From contig CM059432.1 in NCBI GenBank assembly GCA_030390025.1, positions 68,202,001-68,266,000 on the forward strand: a DNA stretch of 64,000 nucleotides, written 5' to 3'. Position 1 is the stretch's first letter. Each line of letters starts with the position of its first letter. Below, piece after piece: positions 39,600-52,293 of the stretch. The DNA comes from Squalus acanthias. Its lineage: Eukaryota. The notes beneath the pieces were generated by a model. It was not told the origin of the DNA and searched no databases. It saw nothing but the letters and a program-made list of their open reading frames with translations. The translations under genes and the position numbers were made by a program.

Positions 39600-40650
39600 G
39601 AAACTGCCTGTGACATAAACAGCATTCGATAAAGTACCACAGATTGTTATTGCAAAACATTAGATCATTTTGATTATAAAACAGCTATTAAATTGGATAT
39701 GTAGCTGGTTGAAATTGCAAATGTAAAGGGTTGTATTATGGGAATGGATCTGATCGGGGGCCTTATTGTGAATGGACCATCAATGTTAATTGTCTTTGTT
39801 AATGAGGACAGCTAGAAGCTCAAGTGGAACCACTCTCATATTAGCCGACGACACAAAATGCACACAGTGGTTACTAATTCAGATTAAATAAATACATTGC
39901 AGGCACAATTAAACAAGTTAGGTAAATATTGTATACCTTGATTTACAAAAAGCAATCAATAAAGTAACACCAATTTACAAAGAAGTTAGATCATTAAATT
40001 TTCTGAATATCAATGAAGCCAATACAGAGCCTTGTGGAGCACTACATGACTAGGCCCCAAATAAGATTTACTCCCATTAATAACTTCTACTGGAGCAATT
40101 TTAGGCTGATGTCATTTGCACTTCGAATTAGAATACTCCAGACATGTTTATATCATGCACGAGTACCAGTTAAAGGTAACAAATAAAAAAAAACTAATAG
40201 CTTATCACTCATTAAAGATCGAAAATCTTACGAAGTAGCTTTAGAGAAAGCAAATAGGGTTTTAGGTTGTATTGCTAGGATCATGGAGTACAAACAAAGA
40301 GCACTATACTGAAGCTAACACAAGACTCTGGTACATCTGAATTTGGAGTATTGTGTTGAGTTTTGGTCCCAGCATATGTTGAAGAATATCTAGGCACGGG
40401 AGAAGATGAAGAGGAGGGTGACCAGAATGAGATCTAGTCTTAGGGTTCTTTGTTATGAGGATAGGCTTCAGGAGCTCAGGTTTAACTTATTTGGGATGGC
40501 TAGATGTAGGCAAAGATTTAGGCTAGATGTCAAAATATTTCTTGTCACTGAAAGTTAACACTTCTAGAATAAACTGCCAAAATGTGTCATTGGTCAAGAG
40601 TTGCTACAGTCTTTTAAAGGGGAACTTGACAGATTCCTAAGAAGACATTT
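39600..40650 (+). mobile_element. Ancient degenerate CR1-like LINE
   Basis: AFDKVP, LADDTK, KANRVLGCIAR and LEYCVEFWS remnants. Confidence 0.6.
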
Positions 40651-40959
40651 TGAATTAAATAAAGTGAGTTGGTAGTTAGCTGTGATGATAAGAGCTACAG
40701 GCTATCGTGTTCTCCTGGAACTTCTGTGATTGCCTTGGGGAGTCACAGGAGATTGTCCAAGAGCTTTTCCTAACTTGGCTGTAGTTTTTTTTCTGCCTCT
40801 CCCAGGAGGTTGTGTGGTTAAGGGGTGGGTGAATGGTGTGTGTATGTGGTTTCACTGTTGCCTGGATGGCTTTGGTGGAGGAGGGAACACGCGATGGACC
40901 TTATGATCTTTTTTCACCCTCTTATGTATGTTTGCAAGCAACATTGACTGCTTCCAGTT

Positions 40960-41440
40960 CTCTCTCAATTCAGCACCACTGAAATCCTTATCCATACTTG
41001 GCATCTCTAAACACAATTTCTAATGATTTTTCATTGCAAGCGTCCTATCCTCCACCCTCCATTAACTCCAATTTGCTGCCCATTGCTTGTCCCACACCAG
41101 GTTCTGCTTGCTCATGCCTGCCATCCTCCCTAACCTACATTGGGTCCTAGTCCTGCAATTTGAAAATCTTCCTCATCTTCAAATCCCTCCATGGCATTAA
41201 CACACTAACTCTACAACCTCCTCTAGCCATATATCGCTTCCTGCACTCTTTGGTGTTCAGAATCTGCCTTTTTTGTGAACTCGGCTCCTTCTCCTACCAT
41301 TTGTGGCAAAGCCTTCAGCTGCCTCAGCCCTACTCTGAAATTCCTTTCCTAAACCACTTGGCCTCAACATTTCTTCACATTTAAAACCTCCTCAAAATCC
41401 AGTTTTTTGACGAGGTTTCAGCCACTTCTATGGCTCAACA
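40960..41440 (+). mobile_element. Degenerate L2 3' fragment
   Basis: Similar to 16550-17053 (CCTACATTGG...TTCAAATCCCTCCATGGC). Confidence 0.6.
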
Positions 41441-42649
41441 TCTGATCCTTCGGGAGCAGTGATTGATAATTCAACTATAGAGGCCAGGGGGGGGTGAGGT
41501 CAGTCAAAGAAGCAACAAGGATGGAATGGAGGTTAGAGTATTAAACCCCCGAGGAGCTAGCTGCCGGAAATGGTTCTGGACAGCCAGCGGTAAATACCAC
41601 AATGAGCGTGACAAAGAATACCCAGGGAGGCACCGTTGTTTTCTTGTTCTAGAGGGACTCAAGCGGAGTGTGGCTACTTGTGAGAAGTGAAGAAGTAGAG
41701 TAGGAAAAGGAAAAGAGGGAGGGAAGAAAAGAGAAAAAGTCTGACAATATTTTCTCAACTAGTTTTCAAATACTTCTGTGCAAAAGTTTCCTCTTTTTAA
41801 AGGAGGACACACTAGGGAGACATTTTAGATTGATCATTAGATGTTGTGTATTAACAATGACTGCATATCTTCTAGAATCCACTTCCCATTGTGAAGGTTG
41901 GTGTTGACATCCATCATTTACAAACTGGATTGTGCCAGATAGGGGAAGTGCCATGGTTTACGAATTACAGGTATAAACAGGCCATGTGTAGAGAGTGGGC
42001 ATACAGTGGAAATCAACCAAGCCAAGCCTTGTGTACCTATTTTGTGCGCAAAATAATTCATCTTGTTTTAAAACAACTGAAGAACAATAATACTTTCCCA
42101 AGAACTGCACCATGGGATAAAAGGAAAAAACAGTAACATCCATCTACTTTCACTTCCTGGTAGACCACAAATGAGAAGCAACCATTACCTTTTTCTGGTA
42201 AACACAAGAGAGGGGGGTTATTACAACTGAGGAAAAACCAAATTAAATGCCGTAGTGAGTAAATGTGTTTTTGTGTCAGAAGTAAAACAAAATGCAAAAT
42301 ACTTCAGGTTGGAACAGCAAAATAACTTTGGAAAGAACAAAAATACTTCAAGCAAATATAAACACTTCACCTTTACAATGTCTAATGTGAACAGGAGACT
42401 CTGCCACCAATGGTGCACATTGCTGGGATCAATAGAATTAAGGACACGACTGCTGCCAATGAACCGGAAGTAACGGGAGTGAGTTCGTTAAAAAAATGTT
42501 AAAATGCCAGGAGGGAGCGGGCGGTGAGGAAAAATGCTCCGTGGAAAAAAAAGCTTCTGGTTCCAGATTAATACGCAGTACGCTTCTGTGCAGCTTCCAG
42601 TCGTTGGCAGGAGTCACTCCGTAGAATTAAATTATTTAGTTATACTCAC

Positions 42650-42753
42650 TGAAGGTAAGACTGCCAGTTGACCTTATTTGCTCGAACTTCAGCAGCCTTT
42701 GCAGCAATAATATTAGTTGGAACAGCAGCATCCACAGCACCTCTGATGTCCAT
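42650..42753 (-). CDS. ATP6V1H: V-type proton ATPase subunit H, first coding exon (exon likely 42650-42788 including 5'UTR)
   Basis: Encodes MDIRGAVDAAVPTNIIAAKAAEVRANKVNWQSYL(Q), matching the vertebrate N-terminus. Acceptor gtcttttag at 42789-42790, donor gtgagt. Confidence 0.98.
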
Positions 42754-45700
42754 CTTGCACAAAGCTATTTACGGAATACCTAAATAGTCTAAAAGACAAA
42801 CACAATTTCACTAAAAAAAAAAAGTATTTAACAATTTCACTAAAAGAGCAATTTGATTCTCCAGATTACCATCCAGCAGGGCAACTAGTTGCTGGCAACA
42901 AGTTTCCAATTGTGCTGGTCTCTGTCCTCTCAGCACTGCATCCTACTCCATCTCATTACTTGGATATATGCTGCAAGAGGGAAAACTTAAATATCCTGGT
43001 CAACATGTATGAAAACATTCTATAAATCCATAGGCTGTAAAATAGAATCCCTTACACTGGAGGAGGATGGGCAAGACTGCTCATACTTTAATTCAAATTC
43101 ACAGCAAAGGCCAAGCAGCAGCGGCAGGACTGCTGAGGCCAAAGAAAACAATTCTGTTAAATAATTTTAATTTGAAGACCACAGACAGCAACCAGCAAAG
43201 CTATTAAGGCGGCACTGAGGTGTCCTATTTTATATAGTTCAGTATGCTACAATAATTGATTCAAAGTAATTTTATTAAACATTCCAAATCACTTAGGACT
43301 TCAGAAAAATAACCTGCAACTGCATTAGTAAGTGATACACTACTAACTGCAGTGAAATGATGGTATCATGAATGTCAATTCCACCCCCGACAAAGTACAA
43401 ATATTAACAATTCACCCAATATTTTAAGGAGCACTCACATTGTTTCAACATGTACTGGAATCAGCTTGCAAATTAATATGATGCACCATTAATTAAACAA
43501 AACTCCCAATTAATTTTGAAATCTGCTGCTCGGATACATTGAAGGTTCAAAGCTGCACTGGTCGATTGTCTAATACGTACCAGCGACTATCCTTCTTCTA
43601 GTGTAAGCAAGTGGGGTCTCGGAGGTCAAGCTGGCTCCAAAATAATACTTCTGGTAATGGAGGATTGGAACAGCGTCAACTATCCATGGCAGACTTAGTA
43701 ATCCAGGTAGGTCTCTAATACGACAGGGCATTGTTGATCATTAACTAGCCAACAATTAATGGGACCTACAGGGGCAGACCTAGCACTGAAAACCAAGATT
43801 CTTCCTACTCTACTCCATATAATCCTGCACACCAATAGCCAAACAGGAAAGGTGGTCCTAGCTGGAAGCTCATCTGTTCTCCACGTTCTATTATCAGATT
43901 TTAGACAGATGTTAGTTAAACATAATCTATTTTTACTAATTACTTTCTTTCCCTAAATCAAATTGGCAATGACTACTGCTGGATCTATATGCATGGTTTT
44001 ATATCTTCCAAAACCAAGGAACAACTTATCCACTGTTTTAGTTTTGCCATTAAACCACCTAATGTAAGGTTTTGGGTGTGATTTCTGCAGCTCTAATCTT
44101 ATACACTGGTTTAGAAACACAAACATTACAAATTGGGAGAGACATTTTCTACTCTCTAATTTGTTCATACTTAATCCTATTTACAGATAGTACAGTATTA
44201 TACAGAAAGTATAACTTGTTATGCTAGTGTAGATTACAGTCAACTGTACTGTAACCATAATAGTACATGGCCCTATGGAGACATTTTAACAATTCTTTAC
44301 TGAAGGGTGCCTTTTAATCTACTGAACTTCACCAATACTATGCTTATCTTCTGCAGAATGTTTAAATTTAAATTTTAAATTAGAAAAAGAGGTTACTTGA
44401 GTGAATTTGAATTAAGTATGAGCAGTCTTACCCTATCCTCCTTCAGCACATAAAAGTATCTATTTTGGATCTCAGAAATTACAAAAGCTTTGCCCAACAG
44501 AAACAGCATTTACAAATACATTTAAATTAGGGCTGTTAAATAAAGTTTATTTGTGAAGGACCCATGGGGAAGAAAGTCAATCTCAACTTTTACTGAGGCC
44601 CCTTCCAAGTGTTGTCACTAGATTTTCAGTACTGAATAATGTTAGCCAAGTGAACCTTTTGTATACCCATTTTAACTATAAAAGCATCCAGCAGTACAAT
44701 TATAGATTGAGGTTTATAAACACAGTGAAAAGAACTGGTGGCACTCTGAGAAACATGGTGATGAATTAGGAGTATCACACAAATATTATTACGTGCTAAA
44801 CATAAATTGCAGTTTTTCCCCGATAGCATATTGGTATTGAATATAAAAGGAAATTATGTTGAATTTGTATGAGACAGTTATGCCCAATAGAAATCACTGA
44901 TTATCCACAGTAACACAGTTTTAGTTGTATTTACTGATGTTCCTTACAATGTGCATATTTACTTATCAAGGTGCCTGGGATAAAGTCTACACTGTTGCTG
45001 CAGGTATTTCGTGAAGCTGGGTACTTCTAAATTGGTTATATACTCCAAACACTACTGTCCTTGACTATTCAGTGCAAAACTTTCCAGTCTTTCTCTTTCA
45101 CTAAAGTTTGAATACTGGCATGAATTTATCAGGCACCACAAGTCTTAGTGTAGCTTCTAGATTTTTGTCCAGCAGTTGCAAGTGGTACTTTGACTTCTGG
45201 GAATTTTGATTTGTACAACGAGACCCACCCCTGCTCTCCATCCAGAACACAGTTGGACGCTGCTTGCCCTTTGCCATGACAAGCCCTGTAGGAGCTGCTC
45301 GTTATTGGTTGGGCTTGCTTTCTTCTGCTGGCCTGAAGAAGTTATTCTGATTGGTCGAGCTGACCATGATGACAGCTCCCCTCGCCATACAATCGTGCTG
45401 GTGTTTCCCGAAGTCTATTATTTTCATCAATGTTACAGACCATTTTAGCAGATAACCAATAATCAATAACCAAGGAAGCAAAACATACAGATCAATAAAC
45501 ACTCTGCTTTTCATCTTATCATTTTACCAACAAATGCACAAAAAGGCTAAAGTACAGAAGCATACGCTGTGCCAATACGATGATCAAAATCACATGCCCA
45601 ACTACAGTGCCTATTTACTAATCAAAAATGCAATTAGTCACATCTGGATTCGCAATAAGCCACATGTGGCTAGTGTACTGGACAACACTGGGTTAGGCCA

Positions 45701-45859
45701 CAGTTGAAATACTGTGTGTAATTCTGAGTACCCCCATTATAAGGATATTAGAGCTCTGGAAAGGGCACCAGGAATGAGAGATTATAGTTGTGAAGAAAGG
45801 CTGGGAAATGGCCAATTTTAATTTTACCCGAACCGGTAGTTTAAATTACCTTGTTGGCG

Positions 45860-46560
45860 AACTACAGGAAATCCCGAAGCGGTTCTGGAGAGAGTGTCAC
45901 TGGGATAATTTCCCGTGCTAGATGCAATCAGCCTTACTTCAGAGAACTTAAAAAAACCACTGGTGACCTTCAGGGACGGCTCTGCACCCCCGCCTCAGTG
46001 TCAGAAATCAGCAGCACTGTTGTCAAAACACCGCCAGACATTTCAGATCAACAAAAGGCGGGTTTGAGCAGGTTGAGAGGAGCGGGGACTGGGGGGGGGC
46101 GGGTCAGCGGGCACCGGCCCGGACTGGTGCAGATGCGGACACGGACTGGGACAGGGGAGGCGGGCTGCTCCCCCGCCGTATGGTTAATGACAAGTCGGGA
46201 GAAGTGGAGAGAAACGCACACCGTCTGACGAGGAGTCTGACAACCGGGCCCAGTCACAGCGAGAGCGGGCGGCGGGATCCACTCAGGGGGAACGGTCACA
46301 ACATCATACCGACCTGTGGCTCACGGCAGGCAGCCTCCCTCCCCGGGGTCAGCCTCGGCGAGGCTTCTCCATTTTTAAAAAGAAACCGACTCCAAGCTGC
46401 GCAGCTCACCTGAGAAGAAGCGCAGCAACCGCCGCCTCACTGTGGAACGCTCACAACACGCGCTGTCATGTGACCGCTCACGTGACTCGGCAGCTCTTAA
46501 AGGGGCAGGCTCAGGGTAAATCCAGACTGGTTCCCTGCGGTCCAGACTCCAGCCCGATCA
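45860..46560 (-). promoter_or_regulatory. CpG-island promoter of ATP6V1H with two CLEAR/E-box motifs
   Basis: GC/CpG-rich non-repeat sequence with GTCATGTGAC (46465-46474), CTCACGTGAC (46477-46486) and GC boxes. Confidence 0.8.
46410..46460 (-). other. ATP6V1H: Probable non-coding first exon of ATP6V1H (start site approximate)
   Basis: Donor CAG|GTGAGC at 46410/46409 within a CpG-rich region just downstream of the CLEAR motifs. An alternative donor G|GTATGA lies near 46308. Confidence 0.55.
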
Positions 46561-46652
46561 CAGCAACATAGGAACAGGTTTACTATGTAATTGATGAGTT
46601 GTATAAGTATTATTGTATTTGAATAAAAAGATTTATCAAAAATGCAAAAAAA

Positions 46653-47005
46653 AAACATAGGAACAGTTGTAGGCCATTGAGCCCCTTGAGCCTGTTCCAC
46701 CATTCAGCGAGAGCATGGCTGATCTGGGACCTAACTCCATATGCCTTTGTCCCGTATCCCTTAATACCTTTGGTTAACAAAAATCTATTGATCTCCAACT
46801 TAAAATTAACAATTGATCTAGCATCAATTGCCATTTGTGGAAGAGAGTTCCAAACTTCTCCCACCCTTTGTGTGTAGAAGTGCTTCCTAATTTCACTCCT
46901 GAAAGGTCTGGCTCTAATTTTTAGGCTATGTCCCCTAGTTCTAAAATCCCCAACCAGCGGAAATAGTTTCTCTCTATCTACCCTATCTGTTCCCCTGAAT
47001 ATTCC
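46653..47005 (-). mobile_element. CR1 3' end (same family as 1-860)
   Basis: RTRGHSLKIRARPFRSEIRKHFYTQRV; tail CATAGGAAC on the + strand. Confidence 0.9.
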
Positions 47006-47043
47006 CAACAGTCATCGGCACTCTACTACAGATCCACTAATTG

Positions 47044-47322
47044 CACCAGGGACCCGGGTTCGAATCCGGCCTCGGGTGACTGTCTGTGTGGAGTTTGCAC
47101 ATTCTCCCCGTGTCTGCGTGGGTTTCCTCCGGGTGCTCCGGTTTCCTCCCACAGTCCAAAGATGTGGGGGTTAGGTTGATTTGGCTATGATAAATTGACC
47201 CTTAGTGTTAGGGGGGGATTAAATACGTGGGGTTATGGGGATAGGGTGGGATATGTGTCGGTGCAGGCTCGATGGGCCGAAATGGCCTTTATCTGCACTG
47301 TGGGGATTCTGTGGATTCTGTG
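47044..47322 (+). mobile_element. HE1-like V-SINE (5'-truncated tRNA head, V domain, CR1-like tail)
   Basis: Box B GGTTCGAATCC; V domain TGTGTGGAGTTTGCACATTCTCCCCGTGTCTGCGTGGGTTTCCTCCGGG...; tail GGATTCTGT repeated. Confidence 0.9.
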
Positions 47323-48197
47323 AATTGCATTATTTATTTACAGGGATGCCATCTTTCGACCACTCCAAAACCAAACTGGTCAAAAATGGAGGTGGGGTCA
47401 AGTATTTTTTTTTAAATCAGAGGCATCCAAAGATCCCTATTTTAGATAGGCTGGTGAGGGTGGCGCCAGTTGATACTGAATACCACCTGGCATCCTATAA
47501 GCATCCTCTTTTTGGGCAGGTGCCACTAATGAAATACAGTTCAACCCATCCAGACTGAAGTTTACATCCATATTTAGCAGGTAGGATCTAGAATCATAGA
47601 ATAATACAGCACAGAAGGGGGCCATTCGACCCATCGTGCCTGTGCCGGCTCTTTGAAAGAGCTGTCCAATTAGTCCCACTTCCCTGCTCTTTCCTAATAA
47701 GCTCAGCAAATATGTCCTTTTCAAGTATTTATCCAATTCTCTTTTGAAAGTTATTATTCAAATTGTTTCCACCACCCTTTCAGGCAGTGCATGCCAAATC
47801 ATAACAACTCACTGCCTAAATTTTTTATTCCTCATGTCGACTCTGGTTCTTTTTCCAATTAACTTAAATCTGTGTCCTCTGATTACCGGCCCTGCTGCCA
47901 CTGGAAACAGTTTCTCCTTATTTACACTATCAAAACCCTTCAAGATTTTGAACACCTCCATCAAATCTCGCCTTAACCTTCTCTGCTCTAGGGAGTATAA
48001 CCCCAGTTTCTGTAGTCTCTCCACATAACTGAAATATTTCATCTCTGGTACCATTCTAGTAAATCTCCTCCGCACCCTCTCTAAGGCCTTGACACCCTTC
48101 CTAAAGTGTGGTGCCCAGAATTGGCCATAATCTCCAGCCGGGGCCTAACTAGTGTTTTATAAAGGTTTAGCATAACTTCCTTGCTTTTGTACTCTAT

Positions 48198-49015
48198 GGG
48201 CTGGATTTTCTCAATGGAGATGTGCTGGAGGCAGGACTTCTGGTTTCCGGGTTTCAGTCCCACCCCCAGCAACGTCTGACCAACCCACGCTATTTTCCCT
48301 TGATTGGCCTTGTTAAGCCTGTCCTGCGGGTTTACCGGCCAATTAAGAGAAAGCCGGTGACATATGACGTCAGCGTGTGACGCGTCATCTGTCGAAAAAT
48401 TATTGACAGATGAATTGTCAGTGTTTGACAGCTTTGAGAAGCTATCAAACATTGACAATCTCTGTTCTATGGTGCGCCCTTGCACACAGGCTCACCAAGA
48501 CCTCTCTCAGCAGAAAGCAGATGGCTGCTGCATCTGAGAATGCAGCAGCCAGTCTGTCATCTCTGCTGTTGAGATGAGGCATCTCCGGATCTTCAAACGT
48601 TGAAGCCTGCAGAAAGAAGCAAAGGTAAGGAAACTTCTTCCAACACTTTACACTCACCTCTCATACATACCTGTCCACACTTGCACCCATCACTCACCTC
48701 TACAGCTGACATTTCGACCCCTCTCACCCCCGCAGACCCACTGCTCGCCTCATTGGCCCTGGCGGGGTTTCCCGACGTCAGGAAGCCCGCATCAGCAGGC
48801 ATAAAATGGTGAAAAGCCTCTTAACTGCCTGTTAACTACCTGCTAACAGGCAGTTAATTGGCTCTAATTCCCTTCCCGCCTCGAGATGACGGGTCCCTGC
48901 GCGACTCGGGGACCTGCCTCCCGGAAAGATGACGGGGATCCGCTCCCAATTTTTCCCATTTTCCCAGCAGTCCCGCTTCCAAACCCACCTCCTCAGGGCT
49001 GGTAAAATCCAGCCC
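48198..49015. mobile_element. Harbinger-type MITE in CR1
   Basis: Perfect 12-bp TIR GGGCTGGATTTT / AAAATCCAGCCC and TSD TAT. Confidence 0.85.
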
Positions 49016-50382
49016 TATGCCTCTGTAAAGCCAAGGATCCCCTATGCCTTTTTAACAGCCTTCTCAACTTGTCCTGCCACCGTCAAAGACTTGTGCATGT
49101 ACATCCCCAGGTCACTCTGTTCCTGCACCCCCTTTAAAATTGTACCACTTAGTTTATATTGCCTCTCCTCATTCTTCCTACCAAAATGAATCACTTCACA
49201 CTTCTATGCATTAAATTTGATCTGTCATGTGTCTGCCCATTTCACCAGTCTGTCTTTGTTCTCCTGAAGTCTGTTACTATCCTCCTGTTTACTACATTTC
49301 CAAGTTCTGTGTCATCTGAAAACTTTGAAATTATGCCCTGTATACCCAAGTCCAGGTAATTAATATATATCAAAAAAGAGCAGTGGTCCTAACATTGACC
49401 CCTGGGGGACACCACTGCACACTTCCCTCCAGCCTGAACAACAACCGTCATCACTACTCTCTGTTTTCTGTCCCTTAGATATTTTCATTACCACACAGCC
49501 ACTGCCCGATTAATCCCATGGGCTTCAATTTTGCTAACTTATCTATTACGGGTACTTTATCAAACGGCTTTTAAAAATCCGTATACACAACATAAAACAC
49601 ACTACCCTCATCCACCCTCTCCGTTACTTCATCAAAGAGCTCAATCAAGTTAGTCAAACACGAATTGTCTTTAACAAATCTGTGCTGGCTTTCATTATTT
49701 AACCCATATTTTTCCAAGTGACAATTAATGTTGTCCCGGATTAATAGCTTCCCACCACCGACATTAGGCTGATTGGGCTGCAATTGCTGAGTTTATCCCT
49801 GTCCCTTTTTTTGAACAGGGGTATAACATTTGCAAGCCTCCAGTCCTCTGGCACCACTTCCATATCTAAGGAGGATTGGAAGATTGTGGCCAGAGCCTCT
49901 GCAATTTCTACCCTTACTTCCCTCAGCAATCTAGGATGCGTCCCATCCGGATCGGGTGACTTTTCTACTTTGAGTGCTGCCAACCTTTTAAGTACCTCCT
50001 CTTGATCTATTTTTATTCTATCCAATTTCTCTACTACCTCCACCTTTATTGTGACATTGGCAGCATCCTCTTCATAAGTGAAGCCAGATGCAAAGTAAAC
50101 ATTTACCTCAGCTATGCCCTCTGCATCCATAACAAGGTTCCTTTTTTGGTCCTTAATCAGCTCCACCCTTCCTTTGACTAACCATTTACTTTTTATATGT
50201 TTATAAAAGACTTTTGGGTTCCATTTTATGTTACCCGTTAAACTATACTCATACACTCTCTTTGCACCTCTGATTTCCTTTTACTGTTCTCCCCTGTACT
50301 GGTTGTATTCAGCTTGTTTCTCTACTGAATTATGAACTCGACATTTATCATAAGCTTCCTTTCTCGGTTTCATGTTAATCTC

Positions 50383-51089
50383 TCAGAGTATGCTGTCATA
50401 CCTCCTTTGAAATCCACCCCAAGTTCGGGATTCCCGCATGTGCTGGCGCTAGCGCTAAATCCCGAACTTGCGGTCTATCAACATACGCGTAGACAGGCCA
50501 TCAGCACGGCCAAAGAAAAACCAATTGCTGGCACAGAGTTGGGCTATTTGCCCACCAACTGCCCAGCAATTGCACACGAGAATATTATGGTTGTTTGCAT
50601 CAGCGTAAGGGAATACCTCAGGCATGTTTTAACCGTTTTCATCTCGGAAATTGGATAGTTTAATTGTATCAAATGTGTTTTTCTTGTTTCTGCAAAAATT
50701 GGAGTTTTAATGACGTCGATAATTATTATCAGCAAAATTAAATTTTTAGTGAAGTTGGTGGAATTAAGCTAATTAGGAATTAAATTCCAATCCTGTAAAT
50801 TGTAATTAAATCTGATTACAGGATTCCATTAAATCTGATTACGGGATTCCCTTCTAAAATAATGTAAAATCTAATTCTGTTTCCTGATTGGAGGACCAGG
50901 GCCACATGATCCCAGGTACGCTTCCGCACAGGCTGCGTCCCTGAGACTCGTGGGCCATTACGCTGCCCTCCTACTCGCAGCGTCAGAACGCAAGTTTTCG
51001 CAGGAGGGCCGCCATCAGGTAGGTGCGTATTCTTTTCGCAGGTCAGAAGCGTACTCCGGAGGTACACCGCCGACCGCAATTTTTGGCCC
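50383..51089. mobile_element. Harbinger-type MITE, partial, in CR1
   Basis: Right end CCGACCGCAATTTTTGGCCC resembles the ends at 1400 and 15151; AT-rich core. Confidence 0.65.
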
Positions 51090-52293
51090 ATTATCTTTAG
51101 TCATCCAGGGAGCTCTAGCTTTGGATGCCCTTCCTTTCTCCCTCATGGGAATGTGGCTAGTTTGTAACCAAACTATCTCCTCTTTGAAGTTCCTATTGCT
51201 CATTTACTGTTTTATCTGCCAATCTTTAATTCCAATCCACCTGGGCCAGATCCCTTTTCAACTCACTGAAATTAGCTCTCCTCCAATTGAATATTTTCCA
51301 CATTTGATTTTTCTTTGTCCTTTTCCATAACTACTCTAAACCTAATGATATTGTGATCACTGATTCCCAAATGCTCGCCCACTGAAACATGCTCCACTTG
51401 CCCCACTTCATTTCTCAGAACCAGATTCAGCATTGCTTTCTTCTTCGTTGGGCTGGAAACATACTGATCAAGAAATTTATCTTGTACACATTTCAGGAAT
51501 TCCTCCCCCTCTTTGCACTTTACACTGTAGTTTTCCCAGTCCCCTATTATCACTACTCTATAGTTCTTGCATCTTTCTGCAGTTTGCCTGAAAATTTGCT
51601 CCTCTATCTCCTTCACACTAGTTGGTGGCCTTTAGTATACACCCAGTAGCGTAATAACTCCTCTATAAGAACATAAGAACAGAAGAAATAGGAGCAGGAG
51701 TAGGCCATACAACCCCTTGAGCCTGCTCCACTAATCAATAAGATCATGACCGATCCTTGACGTCAACTCCACCTTCCCACCTGATCCCCAAAACCCTTAA
51801 TTCCCTTAGAGTCCAAAAATCTATCTTATCTCAGCCTTGAATATACTCAACGACTGAACACCCACAGCCCTCTGGGGTACTGAATTCCAAAGATTCACAA
51901 CCCTCTGAGTGAATACATTTCTCCTCATCTCAGTCCTAAATGGCCGACCCATTATCCTGAGACTATATCCCCTAGTTCTAGACTCTCCAGCCAGGGGAAA
52001 CAGCCTCTCAGCATCTACCCTGTTAAGCCCTCTCAGAATCTGATATGTTTCAATGAGATCACCTCTCATTCTTCTAAATTCCAGAGAGTATAGGCCCAAT
52101 CTACTCAATCTCTCCTCGTAGGACAACCCTCTCACCCCAGGGATCAATCTAGTGAACCTTTGTTGCAACGCCTCTAAGGCAAGTATATCCTTCCCTAGGT
52201 ATGGGGACCAAAATTGTACACAGTACTCCAGGTGTGGTGTCACCAAAGCCCTGTACAAAGGAAGATGGTTGTGGTGGTTGAAGGTCAAGCATC

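Noticed and set aside
45000..45450. Coding-looking stretch in intron 1 (extra exon or pseudogene)
   Set aside because: It has stops in all three minus-strand frames. Faint WSVTLM, TVFW and RAGVGLVV remnants suggest a very old RTE endonuclease relic (low confidence).
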